Shown in pieces: positions 1-7,548 of a DNA stretch of 32,000 nt (position 1 is its first letter; every line of letters begins with the position of its first letter). A program made the position numbers and the translations under genes. Source of the stretch: Schaalia odontolytica (lineage in GTDB: Bacteria > Actinomycetota > Actinomycetes > Actinomycetales > Actinomycetaceae); the NCBI RefSeq assembly GCF_005696695.1, contig NZ_CP040006.1, forward strand, positions 1,500,001 through 1,532,000. Reading direction: 5' to 3'. Below the pieces are notes generated by a model. The model was not told where the DNA came from. It saw only the letters and a program-made list of their open reading frames with translations, and ran no database searches.

Positions 1-323
1 TCCGGCTCCGCGCCGTGCAGGACCAGGATCGGGTTGCCCATGTCGTCTTCGACGAGGTCAAGGACAGTCTGAGGCATCACCATGTCCGGGGAGGAGACCC
101 AGTTGTCCACGGTCACAATCGGGCGGTGCGAACGGTAGTCCATGAGCGTGTCCGCATCGAAGGTCGCGACCCGCTCGTTGTGCAGGGAGCGCAGGAGCTG
201 GCCAATCGCCATGCGCCCTGCGGCGCCGGCGTCAATCGCCCCATCAAAGTGGATGAGGAGAATCTTCGCCTTCGCACCGGCGGCGGGACCGTCGGCATAC
301 AGGTCAGTGGCGTTGATACTCAC
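1..323 (-). CDS. PAC2-family (proteasome-assembly-chaperone-like) protein, N-terminal part; the 3' end lies off the window
   Basis: The minus-strand frame is open from the window edge to GTG at 323-321, preceded by the SD-like GAGGAGGAG (reverse complement of 326-334). It is absent from the ORF track because no stop lies in the window. My translation is VSINATDLYADGPAAGAKAKILLIHFDGAIDAGAAGRMAIGQLLRSLHNERVATFDADTLMDYRSHRPIV..., which resembles N-termini of actinobacterial PAC2-family proteins (FD.D.L.DYRS.RP). Confidence 0.55.
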   Translation of the reverse strand, partial: MSINATDLYADGPAAGAKAKILLIHFDGAIDAGAAGRMAIGQLLRSLHNERVATFDADTLMDYRSHRPIVTVDNWVSSPDMVMPQTVLDLVEDDMGNPILVLHGAEP

Positions 324-497
324 GTCTCCTCCTCATGCTGATTCTTCTGCCTCGCGTCTAACGTACCCGGGCAGCGCCCACCTCGTCACGCGGGAGATGG
401 TTTTGAGCTTGCGGCGAAGTCGCGTACACACCGCACATAGAAGAGCACGCGAGACGAAAGTAGGGAACAATGGAAGGCCCATAATCGAGGAGGACCC

Positions 498-2771
498 ATG
501 GCCACGAACGAGCACCGCGAGTCGTCGACCGACCTTCCGTTGCCCGAACAGGATTTCGTGGACAGCGCCTACGAACGCCTGGACGCGCTGCGCGCGTCCT
601 ATCGGGATCGTCAGGGGCGCGTCCACTCGACCCACGGCGTCGGCAACGCCCAGGGATGGACCGAGCGCGAGGCCCTGTCGGCCCACCTCGGTGAAATGGC
701 CGCGCGCCTCGAAGGCGTCGAGGAACGCCTCGTGTTCGGGCGCCTCGACATGGCTGATCGTTCAACCCGCCACGTGGGTCGTCTCTCCCTGTCACACGAG
801 GACGGCACTCCCCTGCTCGTTGACTGGCGCGCACCCGCCGCGCGCCCCTTCTACCAGGCCACCTCCGCTGAGCCGGACGGCGTCGTGCGCCGCCGCCACA
901 TTTCCACCCGCGACCGACGCGTCACCGGCCTCGAAGACGAGCTGCTGGACGCCTCCCGCGCTTCCGGGCTGGAACTCCAGGGCGAGGGCGCCCTCATGCA
1001 CGCCCTTAGCGAGGCCCGCGACGGCCGCATGGGCGACATCGTTGCCACCATCCAGTCCGAGCAGGACCGCATCATTCGCGCGTCCGACAAGGGCCTCCTG
1101 GTCGTCCAGGGCGGCCCCGGCACCGGCAAGACGGCCGTCGCCCTCCACCGCATCGCGTACCTGCTCTACGCCCACCGCGAGCGCCTCGAACGCTCGGGTG
1201 TTCTCCTCGTCGGTCCCTCGCGCCTGTTCCTGCGCTACATCGAGCAGGTCCTGCCGTCGCTCGGCGAGACGGGCGTCGTCTCGGTGACGCTGGGCGACCT
1301 GGTCCCGGGAGTGAACGCTCGCGGCAGCGAGGACGAGGTCGTAGCGCGGATCAAGGGCCTTCCCGCGTGGGCGAAGATCGTCAAGGAAGCCGTACGGGCG
1401 CTGGCCAAGCTCCCCGACGGCGACCAGGTGCTGCGCGTATGGAACCGCGAGGTGACGCTCACCCGCGCCGACGTGGAGAGCGCAAGGCGCCGGGCGAAGC
1501 GCTCGGGCCGCGCGCACAACGTGGCGCGAGAGTCCTTCGCGCGCGAACTCATGGACGTTTTGGCCCTGCGCTTGGCGCGCGAGGCCGGGGACGCGGACTC
1601 CGAGGGCGGCGTCGATCCCGAGGTCAAGCGCTCCTGGCTCATCGAAATCCGCGATTCCGTGGACTGCCGACGTGCGATCAACACGGCGTGGATGCCGACG
1701 AGCGCACAGACGCTGCTGCGCCGCCTCTACGCTCGCCCCGAGGTGCTTGCGGCGGCAAACCGCAAGGCCGGCTCCCCCCTGCGTCCCGACGAGCTTGCTA
1801 CCCTCGTGCGCCCCCGCTCGGCGCCGTGGACGGTCTCGGACGTGCCGATCCTGGACGAGTGCGAGGAGCTGCTCGGCCCCATGCCGTCGTCTTCCTCCTC
1901 GTCGCGCGAGGCCGACGAGGGAGCGATCGAGCGCGCCCGCGAGGCGATCGAGGCCCAGAACCTGGGCGGCGGCATCGTGACCGCCCAGATGCTCGCCGAG
2001 CAGGTGGCCGGGCAGGACACCTGGACGCCGCTGTCCGAGCGCGCCGCCAAGGACCGCACATGGGCGTACGGCCACATCGTCGTCGACGAGGCGCAGGAGC
2101 TCTCTCCCATGGCGTGGCGCGCCCTGCTGCGCCGCTGCCCCTCCCGTTCGTTCACGGTCGTGGGCGACCTCGACCAGCGTCGCGGCTCCAAGCGCCCGCC
2201 CACGTGGGAAAAGGCTCTCGGGCCTGCGGCCCGCGCCCTGGCGGCCGAGTACGCGCTGACAGTCTCCTACCGCACGCCCGCGACCCTCACGACCCTCGCC
2301 GAAGGCGTCGTCGCGCGCGCCGGCGTCCCCGTCCTCTACCCGATGACGGCCGTGCGCGACGTCGAGGATTGCTACCGCGTCACCCACGTGGATGCGCCCG
2401 AGGACACCCCGGCCTCGCCGAAGGAGAACAGCCCCCTGTGGCGCGCCGTCACCCGGGCCCAGCGCGAGGCCGAGGAACGCCTCGATCGCGAGGCGGGGAC
2501 CGCCCGCGGCCGCATCGCCCTCATTGTCGGCAACGAGCGTGCCCGCGCGTGGGGAGCCGACGTGGACGGCGAGACGGCCCTCTCCGAGCGCGTCAGCCTC
2601 CTGTCGGCCGTGGCCTCCAAGGGCCTCGAGTTCGACTCGGTCATCCTCGTCGAACCCGCGGAGATCCTCGGCGACGGCGTCGGCGACCTTTTCGTCGCCC
2701 TCACCCGCGCCACCCACGACGTGCACGTCGTCCACTGCGCTCCCCTGCCCACCGGCATGGAAGAGTGGTAG
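498..2771 (+). CDS. helD: HelD-like UvrD/Rep-superfamily ATPase (RNA polymerase recycling / HelR-type protein)
   Basis: 757-aa ORF with ATG at 498 preceded by CGAGGAGGA. It has the N-terminal HelD-type motif LVDWRAPAARPFYQAT, Walker A GGPGTGKTAVALHR, Walker B-like VVDEAQEL and a C-terminal UvrD_C-like LFVALTRATH. Confidence 0.85.
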   Translation: MATNEHRESSTDLPLPEQDFVDSAYERLDALRASYRDRQGRVHSTHGVGNAQGWTEREALSAHLGEMAARLEGVEERLVFGRLDMADRSTRHVGRLSLSHEDGTPLLVDWRAPAARPFYQATSAEPDGVVRRRHISTRDRRVTGLEDELLDASRASGLELQGEGALMHALSEARDGRMGDIVATIQSEQDRIIRASDKGLLVVQGGPGTGKTAVALHRIAYLLYAHRERLERSGVLLVGPSRLFLRYIEQVLPSLGETGVVSVTLGDLVPGVNARGSEDEVVARIKGLPAWAKIVKEAVRALAKLPDGDQVLRVWNREVTLTRADVESARRRAKRSGRAHNVARESFARELMDVLALRLAREAGDADSEGGVDPEVKRSWLIEIRDSVDCRRAINTAWMPTSAQTLLRRLYARPEVLAAANRKAGSPLRPDELATLVRPRSAPWTVSDVPILDECEELLGPMPSSSSSSREADEGAIERAREAIEAQNLGGGIVTAQMLAEQVAGQDTWTPLSERAAKDRTWAYGHIVVDEAQELSPMAWRALLRRCPSRSFTVVGDLDQRRGSKRPPTWEKALGPAARALAAEYALTVSYRTPATLTTLAEGVVARAGVPVLYPMTAVRDVEDCYRVTHVDAPEDTPASPKENSPLWRAVTRAQREAEERLDREAGTARGRIALIVGNERARAWGADVDGETALSERVSLLSAVASKGLEFDSVILVEPAEILGDGVGDLFVALTRATHDVHVVHCAPLPTGMEEW

Positions 2772-2830
2772 GAGCAACCACACCCTGACACCTTGTGTCC
2801 CTTTCCGCTCCCGTCTGCCATGATGGGGGC

Positions 2831-4036
2831 ATGACACGCGCACTGCTCCTGGAAAACCCGCACGACGTCGCCGACGATATTTTCGCCAAGTTCGGCATCG
2901 AGGTCACCCGCGTGACGGGCGCCCTGTCCGAGGACGACCTCATCGACGCGCTCGAAGGCATGGACTACCTGGGCCTGCGGTCCAAGACCGAGGTCACCGA
3001 GCGAGTGCTGCGCGCGCGCCCCGAACTCAAGGCCATCGGAGCCTTCTGCATCGGCACGAACCAGATCGACCTGGCCACCGCCACCGAGATGGGCGTCGCC
3101 GTGTTCAACGCCCCCTACTCCAACACGCGCTCCGTCGTCGAGCTCGCAATCGGCGAGATCATCGACCTCTCGCGCCGCGTCACCGTCAAAAACTCGCGTC
3201 TGCACCGCGGCGTGTGGGACAAGAGCGCGGACGGCGCCCACGAGGTGCGCGGGCACACCCTGGGCATCATCGGCTACGGCAACATCGGTACCCAGCTCTC
3301 CGTCCTCGCCGAGGCCATGGGCCTCAACGTCATCTTCTACGACGCCGCTGAGCGCCTCGCCCTGGGCAACGCCACGCAGATGCCGACCATGGAGGCCGTC
3401 CTGCGTGAAGCCGACATCATCTCCGTGCACGTGGACGGCCAGGAATCCAACACGAACCTCATCGGTCGCGTCGAGTTCGAGCTCATGAAGCCCGGTGCCC
3501 TGTTCATCAACCTGTCGCGCGGGCACGTCGTCGACGTCGACGCGCTGCACGCGGCGCTCGTCTCGGGCCACCTGGGCGGAGCGGCCATCGACGTGTTCCC
3601 GGAGGAGCCGCGCGCCAACGGCGACCCCTTCGACTCGCCCCTGGCGACCCTCGACAACGTCATCCTCACACCCCACATCGGCGGGTCGACAGAGGAAGCG
3701 CAATACGACATCGGTCGCTTCGTGGCCGCCAAGATCGGCGAATACCAGGCCAGCGGCTCGACCGACATGAGCGTGAACCTGCCGAACCTGACGATGAACA
3801 TCGGCAAGCGCTCGCGCTACCGTGTGCGCCTCATCCACCGCAACGTGCCCGGCGTCATGGCGCGCGTCAACCAGATCTTCGCCTCCTCCGAGGCCAACGT
3901 CGACGCCCAGATCCTGGCCACCGTCGACGAGGTCGGCTACGTGCTCACCGACATTTCGGCGGGCCTGGGACGCGAAGCGCTCGAGGAACTGAGCCACCTG
4001 CCCGAAACTGTCCGACTGATCGCCACGCCGCTGTAA
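2831..4036 (+). CDS. serA: D-3-phosphoglycerate dehydrogenase, short E. coli-like form with a C-terminal ACT domain
   Basis: The translation aligns by eye along its whole length with E. coli SerA (GLRSKT, AIGAFCIGTNQIDL, VFNAPYSNTRSVVEL, HRGVWDK, LGIIGYGNIGTQL, LTPHIGGSTEEAQ). The ATG at 2831 gives MTRALLLENPH. A GTG at 2795 is an alternative start. Confidence 0.9.
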   Translation: MTRALLLENPHDVADDIFAKFGIEVTRVTGALSEDDLIDALEGMDYLGLRSKTEVTERVLRARPELKAIGAFCIGTNQIDLATATEMGVAVFNAPYSNTRSVVELAIGEIIDLSRRVTVKNSRLHRGVWDKSADGAHEVRGHTLGIIGYGNIGTQLSVLAEAMGLNVIFYDAAERLALGNATQMPTMEAVLREADIISVHVDGQESNTNLIGRVEFELMKPGALFINLSRGHVVDVDALHAALVSGHLGGAAIDVFPEEPRANGDPFDSPLATLDNVILTPHIGGSTEEAQYDIGRFVAAKIGEYQASGSTDMSVNLPNLTMNIGKRSRYRVRLIHRNVPGVMARVNQIFASSEANVDAQILATVDEVGYVLTDISAGLGREALEELSHLPETVRLIATPL

Positions 4037-4121
4037 AACTGTCGCATTCATCGCGTTCCCAGCTGGTCAAACGAGGCATAACTTACGGTATCGTAGGGGC
4101 ATCGTTCCCAAAGGAGGACAG

Positions 4122-6182
4122 ATGGATCTCACGACGAAGCTGCGCGAGCTGTACGCACCGGGAGTCGCCTACAACATCGCGATTCCCGACCGTCCGATCC
4201 CGGACATGGTCCTGGAAGTCGCCTCCCGCTACCCGGGGCGCGCCGCGATTGACTTTTTCGCGCGCCAGCTTACATACGCGGAACTTGTTCAGGAGATGCG
4301 TCAGGCCGCGGGAGCCCTCCATCAGGCGGGCGTGCGCCCCGGAGACCGCGTCGCCCTCGTCATGCCGAACTGCCCGCAGCACGCCGTCGCCGTCCTGGGC
4401 ACGATGCTCCTCGGCGCCGTCGTCGTCGAACATAATCCGCTTGCCCCCGCGGGCGAGCTGGAAGGCGAGTACGAGCGCCACGGCGCTCGCGTCACCATCG
4501 CCTGGTCGAAGTCCCTGGAGAAACTCACCTTCCTCGGGCGCGGCCACACTACCTTCTGCATGGACCTGACGACGGCTCTTCCCGCCGCCTCGCGTATGGC
4601 GCTCAAGCTTCCCGTCAAGGCGGCCCGCGAGAAGCGCGAACAGCTCTCCAGCCCGCGCCCGAGCTGGGCTCGCTCCTGGACGCGCGCAATGCGCACCGCA
4701 ACCCCGTGGCGCGGCGACTGCCCGTCAGCAATGGAGGACGTCGCTCTCCTCATTCACACGGGCGGCACGACCGGTGTCCCGAAGGCCGCCGCTCTCACGC
4801 ACGCCAACCTCATGGCGAACGTCGAGGAATCGATCGCGTGGGTCCCCGTCCTCCACGAGGGCGCGGAGGTCTTCTACTGCATCCTGCCCCTCTTCCACGC
4901 CTTCGGGTTCACGATTGGTTTCCTGGCAGGCCTGCGCATGGGAGCAACGATCGCGATGTTCCCCAAATTCGACACTGCGCTGGTGCTGGCAGCTCAGCGC
5001 CGCCTGCCGTGCACGTTCTTCCTGGGTGTGCCGCCCATGTACGAGCGCCTGCTCGCGGCGGCGGAGGGCACGAACGCGGACTTGTCCTCGATCCACTTCT
5101 CGCTCTCGGGCGCAATGCCTCTCTCGGCGCCGCTGGCCGACCAGTGGGAGCAGGCCACCGGCGGCCTCATGATCGAGGGCTACGGCATGACGGAGGCCTC
5201 CCCGATCATCTTGGGATCACCCCTCGCCTCCTCGCGAGCACGCGGGGCGCTCGGCATCCCCTTCCCCTCCACCCAGGTGCGTATCGTCGATCCGGAGAAT
5301 CCCTCCCGCGAGGTTGCCGATGGCGAGGTCGGTGAGCTCATTGCCCGCGGACCGCAGGTGTTTTCCGGCTACTGGAACCAGGACGATGAGACCGCCGAAG
5401 TGTTCACCGAGGATGGATGGCTGCGCACGGGCGACCTCGTTCAGGTGCGCGACGGCTTCATCTACATGGCGGATCGGCGCAAGGAGATGATCAACGCCTC
5501 CGGATTCAACGTCTACCCCACGCAGGTGGAAAACGCCGTACGTTCGATGCCCGGTGTTCTCGATGTCGCTGCAGTCGGCGTGCCGGCTGGCGAGTCCGGC
5601 GAGGACGTCGTCGCCGCCGTCGTCCTCGAAGCGGGCGCCTCCGTCACGCTCGCAGACCTGCGCAAGTGGGCGGAAAAGTCCCTAGCCCACTACGCGCTCC
5701 CCCGGCAGATCGTCGTCATGACGGAGCTGCCTCGCTCTCAGCTGGGCAAGGTCATGCGTAAGAAGGTCCGCGAGCAGATCATGGGTGCCCAGGCTGCCGC
5801 AACCGACGCGGTTGCCGGTGCACGCGAGGCTGTCGCCGGTGCGCGCGGCGCCGTCTCCGAGGCCGTGGCCGAGGCACGCGAGTCCATGTCCGAGAGGGTC
5901 GCCGGGGCACGCGAGGCTGTCGCCGGTGCGCGCGGCGCCGTCTCCGAGGCCGTGGCCGAGGCACGCGAGTCCGTATCGGAGAAGATGGCGGGTGCCCGAG
6001 AGACCGCCTCCGAGGCGATGGCCGGAGCACGCGATTCCGTCGCCGAGGCGATGGCTGGCGCGCGGGAGACGGTCGCCGAGGCCGTCGCCGGGGTTCGCGC
6101 TTCCTCCTCCGAGCAGCCTTCCGCGCCCACCGACGCATCTGACGCACCGGCACAGCGCCACGAGGAGACGGACGAGGAGTAG
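4122..6182 (+). CDS. fadD: Long-chain fatty-acid--CoA ligase (AMP-binding superfamily) with a repeat-rich C-terminal extension of about 130 aa
   Basis: ATG at 4122 follows AAAGGAGGA. AMP-binding motifs are LIHTGGTTGVPKAA, GYGMTE and TGDL...DRRKEMI. The tail after ...KVMRKKVREQIMGA is made of tandem repeats. Confidence 0.85.
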   Translation: MDLTTKLRELYAPGVAYNIAIPDRPIPDMVLEVASRYPGRAAIDFFARQLTYAELVQEMRQAAGALHQAGVRPGDRVALVMPNCPQHAVAVLGTMLLGAVVVEHNPLAPAGELEGEYERHGARVTIAWSKSLEKLTFLGRGHTTFCMDLTTALPAASRMALKLPVKAAREKREQLSSPRPSWARSWTRAMRTATPWRGDCPSAMEDVALLIHTGGTTGVPKAAALTHANLMANVEESIAWVPVLHEGAEVFYCILPLFHAFGFTIGFLAGLRMGATIAMFPKFDTALVLAAQRRLPCTFFLGVPPMYERLLAAAEGTNADLSSIHFSLSGAMPLSAPLADQWEQATGGLMIEGYGMTEASPIILGSPLASSRARGALGIPFPSTQVRIVDPENPSREVADGEVGELIARGPQVFSGYWNQDDETAEVFTEDGWLRTGDLVQVRDGFIYMADRRKEMINASGFNVYPTQVENAVRSMPGVLDVAAVGVPAGESGEDVVAAVVLEAGASVTLADLRKWAEKSLAHYALPRQIVVMTELPRSQLGKVMRKKVREQIMGAQAAATDAVAGAREAVAGARGAVSEAVAEARESMSERVAGAREAVAGARGAVSEAVAEARESVSEKMAGARETASEAMAGARDSVAEAMAGARETVAEAVAGVRASSSEQPSAPTDASDAPAQRHEETDEE
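5811..6116 (+). repeat. In-frame coding tandem repeat: two 87-bp units (5811-5897, 5898-5984) followed by four 33-bp units (5985-6017, 6018-6050, 6051-6083, 6084-6116)
   Basis: Direct reading shows the two 87-bp copies differ at about six positions by my count. The 33-bp units encode MAGARETASEA / MAGARDSVAEA / MAGARETVAEA / VAGVRASSSEQ. Confidence 0.9.
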
Positions 6183-6204
6183 TCGTCCCACCACCGTCAC
6201 AACG

Positions 6205-6239
6205 ATGATGCCCGGCCCCTTCGCGGGACCGGGCATCAT
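6205..6239. terminator. Hairpin between the convergent fadD-like and nrdR genes (candidate bidirectional terminator)
   Basis: ATGATGCCCGG (6205-6215) pairs with CCGGGCATCAT (6229-6239). Inner CCC/GGG pairs extend the stem with one bulge. Confidence 0.55.
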
Positions 6240-6252
6240 TCGTGCACGTTGA

Positions 6253-6840
6253 TTAGTCGTCTCCCAGCAGCGTCGGGGCGTTGGAGACGGAGCGCTTGCG
6301 CGCAGCACGCGCCTTGCGAGGCTTCTTCGCGGGCGCGGGAGCCGCGGGTTCGGCGTCCGCGTGAGCACCGGCCTCGGACACCGCGTCACCGCCCTGCGCA
6401 CGCTCACGCAGCGCCTGAATGGCCTGCTCGAAATCATCAAGGGTGTCGAACTGCCGATAGACGGAGGCGAAGCGCAAGTAGGCGATCACGTCGAGGTCAC
6501 GCAGGAACGGGAGGATGGCTTTGCCAACTTCGTTCGTCGACACGTTGGAGACGCCGGTTGAGCGCAGCTGCTCCTCGACCTGCTGAGCAAGAATCGCGAG
6601 CTGATCATCCGAGACCGGCCGCCCCTGACAGGCCTTCTTGACACCCGACACAACCTTGTTACGGGAGAAAGACTCGACGACGCCGGAGCGCTTGACGACC
6701 TGGAACGAGGACGTTTCGAGGGTCGTAAAACGCTTCTTGCAGTGCGTGCACTCACGCCGACGCCGGATCGAGGCGCCGTCGTCCGCGATGCGCGTATCAA
6801 CGACGCGCGAATCCGGGTTATGACAGAAAGGGCAGTGCAC
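6253..6840 (-). CDS. nrdR: Transcriptional repressor NrdR (zinc ribbon + ATP-cone) with a basic C-terminal extension
   Basis: The N-terminus [17 protein letters not shown]...[10 protein letters not shown] matches the NrdR zinc ribbon, followed by an ATP-cone-like region. The start codon is GTG at 6840, with an in-frame TGA immediately upstream. Confidence 0.93.
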   Translation of the reverse strand: MHCPFCHNPDSRVVDTRIADDGASIRRRRECTHCKKRFTTLETSSFQVVKRSGVVESFSRNKVVSGVKKACQGRPVSDDQLAILAQQVEEQLRSTGVSNVSTNEVGKAILPFLRDLDVIAYLRFASVYRQFDTLDDFEQAIQALRERAQGGDAVSEAGAHADAEPAAPAPAKKPRKARAARKRSVSNAPTLLGDD

Positions 6841-6896
6841 CCCTCAACGGTACACGCTCAGACCCCCATCTGTCACAGGAGTCCCACGCGTCACCA

Positions 6897-7361
6897 TCAG
6901 CGAACGGGCACGAGAACCCGCTGCCCGGGCTGCAGGGCCCCCTGCACATCATTCATGCGCTCAATATCAGCGACAACCTGCTCGAGCGGACGATCCGTCT
7001 TGACATTCTGAGCCAGCGACCACACGGAATCACCGCTGACGACTGCCTTCGTCACCGTCGGGCCATCGTAGGCTGCGGGCTGGATGGCGAGACCGAGGGC
7101 GCCGGCCCCCACGGAGAGAACGACCGTCGCAAGTGCGCCAGCGATAATGCCGCGACGAGAGGAGCGGGTGCGACGACGCGGAGCTGCAGGAGCCCGCAGG
7201 TACGAAGGATCATCAACGCGCTGAGCCTCAACGCGACGACGCGCGGACGGAGCGGTGGAGATATCACGAACGGTCGCCAGCGGCGCATCCTCCACGGCGC
7301 GAAGCGGGTGGCGACGCGCGGGGAACGAGACGGCAGTCTGCGTTGCAACGGGAACACTCAT
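6897..7361 (-). CDS. ChiZ-like membrane protein: Arg-rich cytoplasmic N-terminus, one TM helix, C-terminal LysM domain (probable SOS-induced division inhibitor)
   Basis: ATG at 7361 has a GGAGG SD 7 nt upstream. The longer 234-aa track ORF would run through the SOS boxes. The TM segment is IIAGALATVVLSVGAGALGLAI and the LysM-like part is VVSGDSVWSLA...GQRVLVP. The gene is divergent from lexA, as chiZ (Rv2719c) is in mycobacteria. Confidence 0.75.
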   Translation of the reverse strand: MSVPVATQTAVSFPARRHPLRAVEDAPLATVRDISTAPSARRRVEAQRVDDPSYLRAPAAPRRRTRSSRRGIIAGALATVVLSVGAGALGLAIQPAAYDGPTVTKAVVSGDSVWSLAQNVKTDRPLEQVVADIERMNDVQGALQPGQRVLVPVR

Positions 7362-7383
7362 GAGAACCTCCAGAACACTTTCA

Positions 7384-7399
7384 TCGAACATCTGTTCGT
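7384..7399. promoter_or_regulatory. LexA operator (SOS box) 1: TCGAACATCTGTTCGT
   Basis: Matches the actinobacterial SOS box TCGAAC-N4-GTTCGA at 11 of 12 specified positions. It lies 23 nt upstream of the LysM gene start. Confidence 0.8.
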
Positions 7400-7414
7400 C
7401 GAACACTTGTACGA
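7399..7414. promoter_or_regulatory. LexA operator (SOS box) 2: TCGAACACTTGTACGA, sharing base 7399 with box 1
   Basis: Matches the TCGAAC-N4-GTTCGA consensus at 11 of 12 specified positions and directly abuts box 1. Confidence 0.75.
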
Positions 7415-7446
7415 TAGCACGCTCCGTGACCAATGTCGAGACCCAC

Positions 7447-7462
7447 TCGAACATATGTTTCA
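7447..7462. promoter_or_regulatory. LexA operator (SOS box) 3: TCGAACATATGTTTCA
   Basis: The left half-site is perfect and the right half-site matches at 4 of 6 positions. It lies 87 nt upstream of the lexA ATG, consistent with autoregulation. Confidence 0.65.
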
Positions 7463-7548
7463 TTTTGCGCGAAATCGGCTTATCCTTGACGTATCTAGTG
7501 GACGCCCACCCATGCACATTTGCGTCCACCCCGATGCGAAGGAGAGCC

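Noticed and set aside
405-424. GAGCTTGCGGCGAAGTCGCG upstream of helD, considered as a possible rifamycin-associated element-like palindrome.
   Set aside because: Only the outer three positions on each side of CTTGCGGCGAAG pair, and I cannot reproduce the published consensus from memory well enough to score it. It is left as a check, not a call.
792-2843. 683-aa minus-strand ORF antisense to helD. Similar long antisense ORFs occur at 2372-4051 (-), 9988-12198 (+), 16898-18565 (+), 19659-20861 (+), 23064-25934 (+) and 25944-28196 (+).
   Set aside because: Each lies opposite a gene with unmistakable conserved motifs. Their translations are Arg/Gly/Ala/Pro-rich low-complexity strings with no recognisable domains. 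Long stop-free antisense frames are expected in GC-rich DNA.
5738-6252. ORFs on other frames and strands through the fadD repeat region (5738-6130 -, 5779-6153 -, 5785-6252 +) that themselves look repetitive.
   Set aside because: Their periodicity is simply the 87/33-bp DNA repeat read in other frames. The + frame continuous with the AMP-binding core is the coding one.
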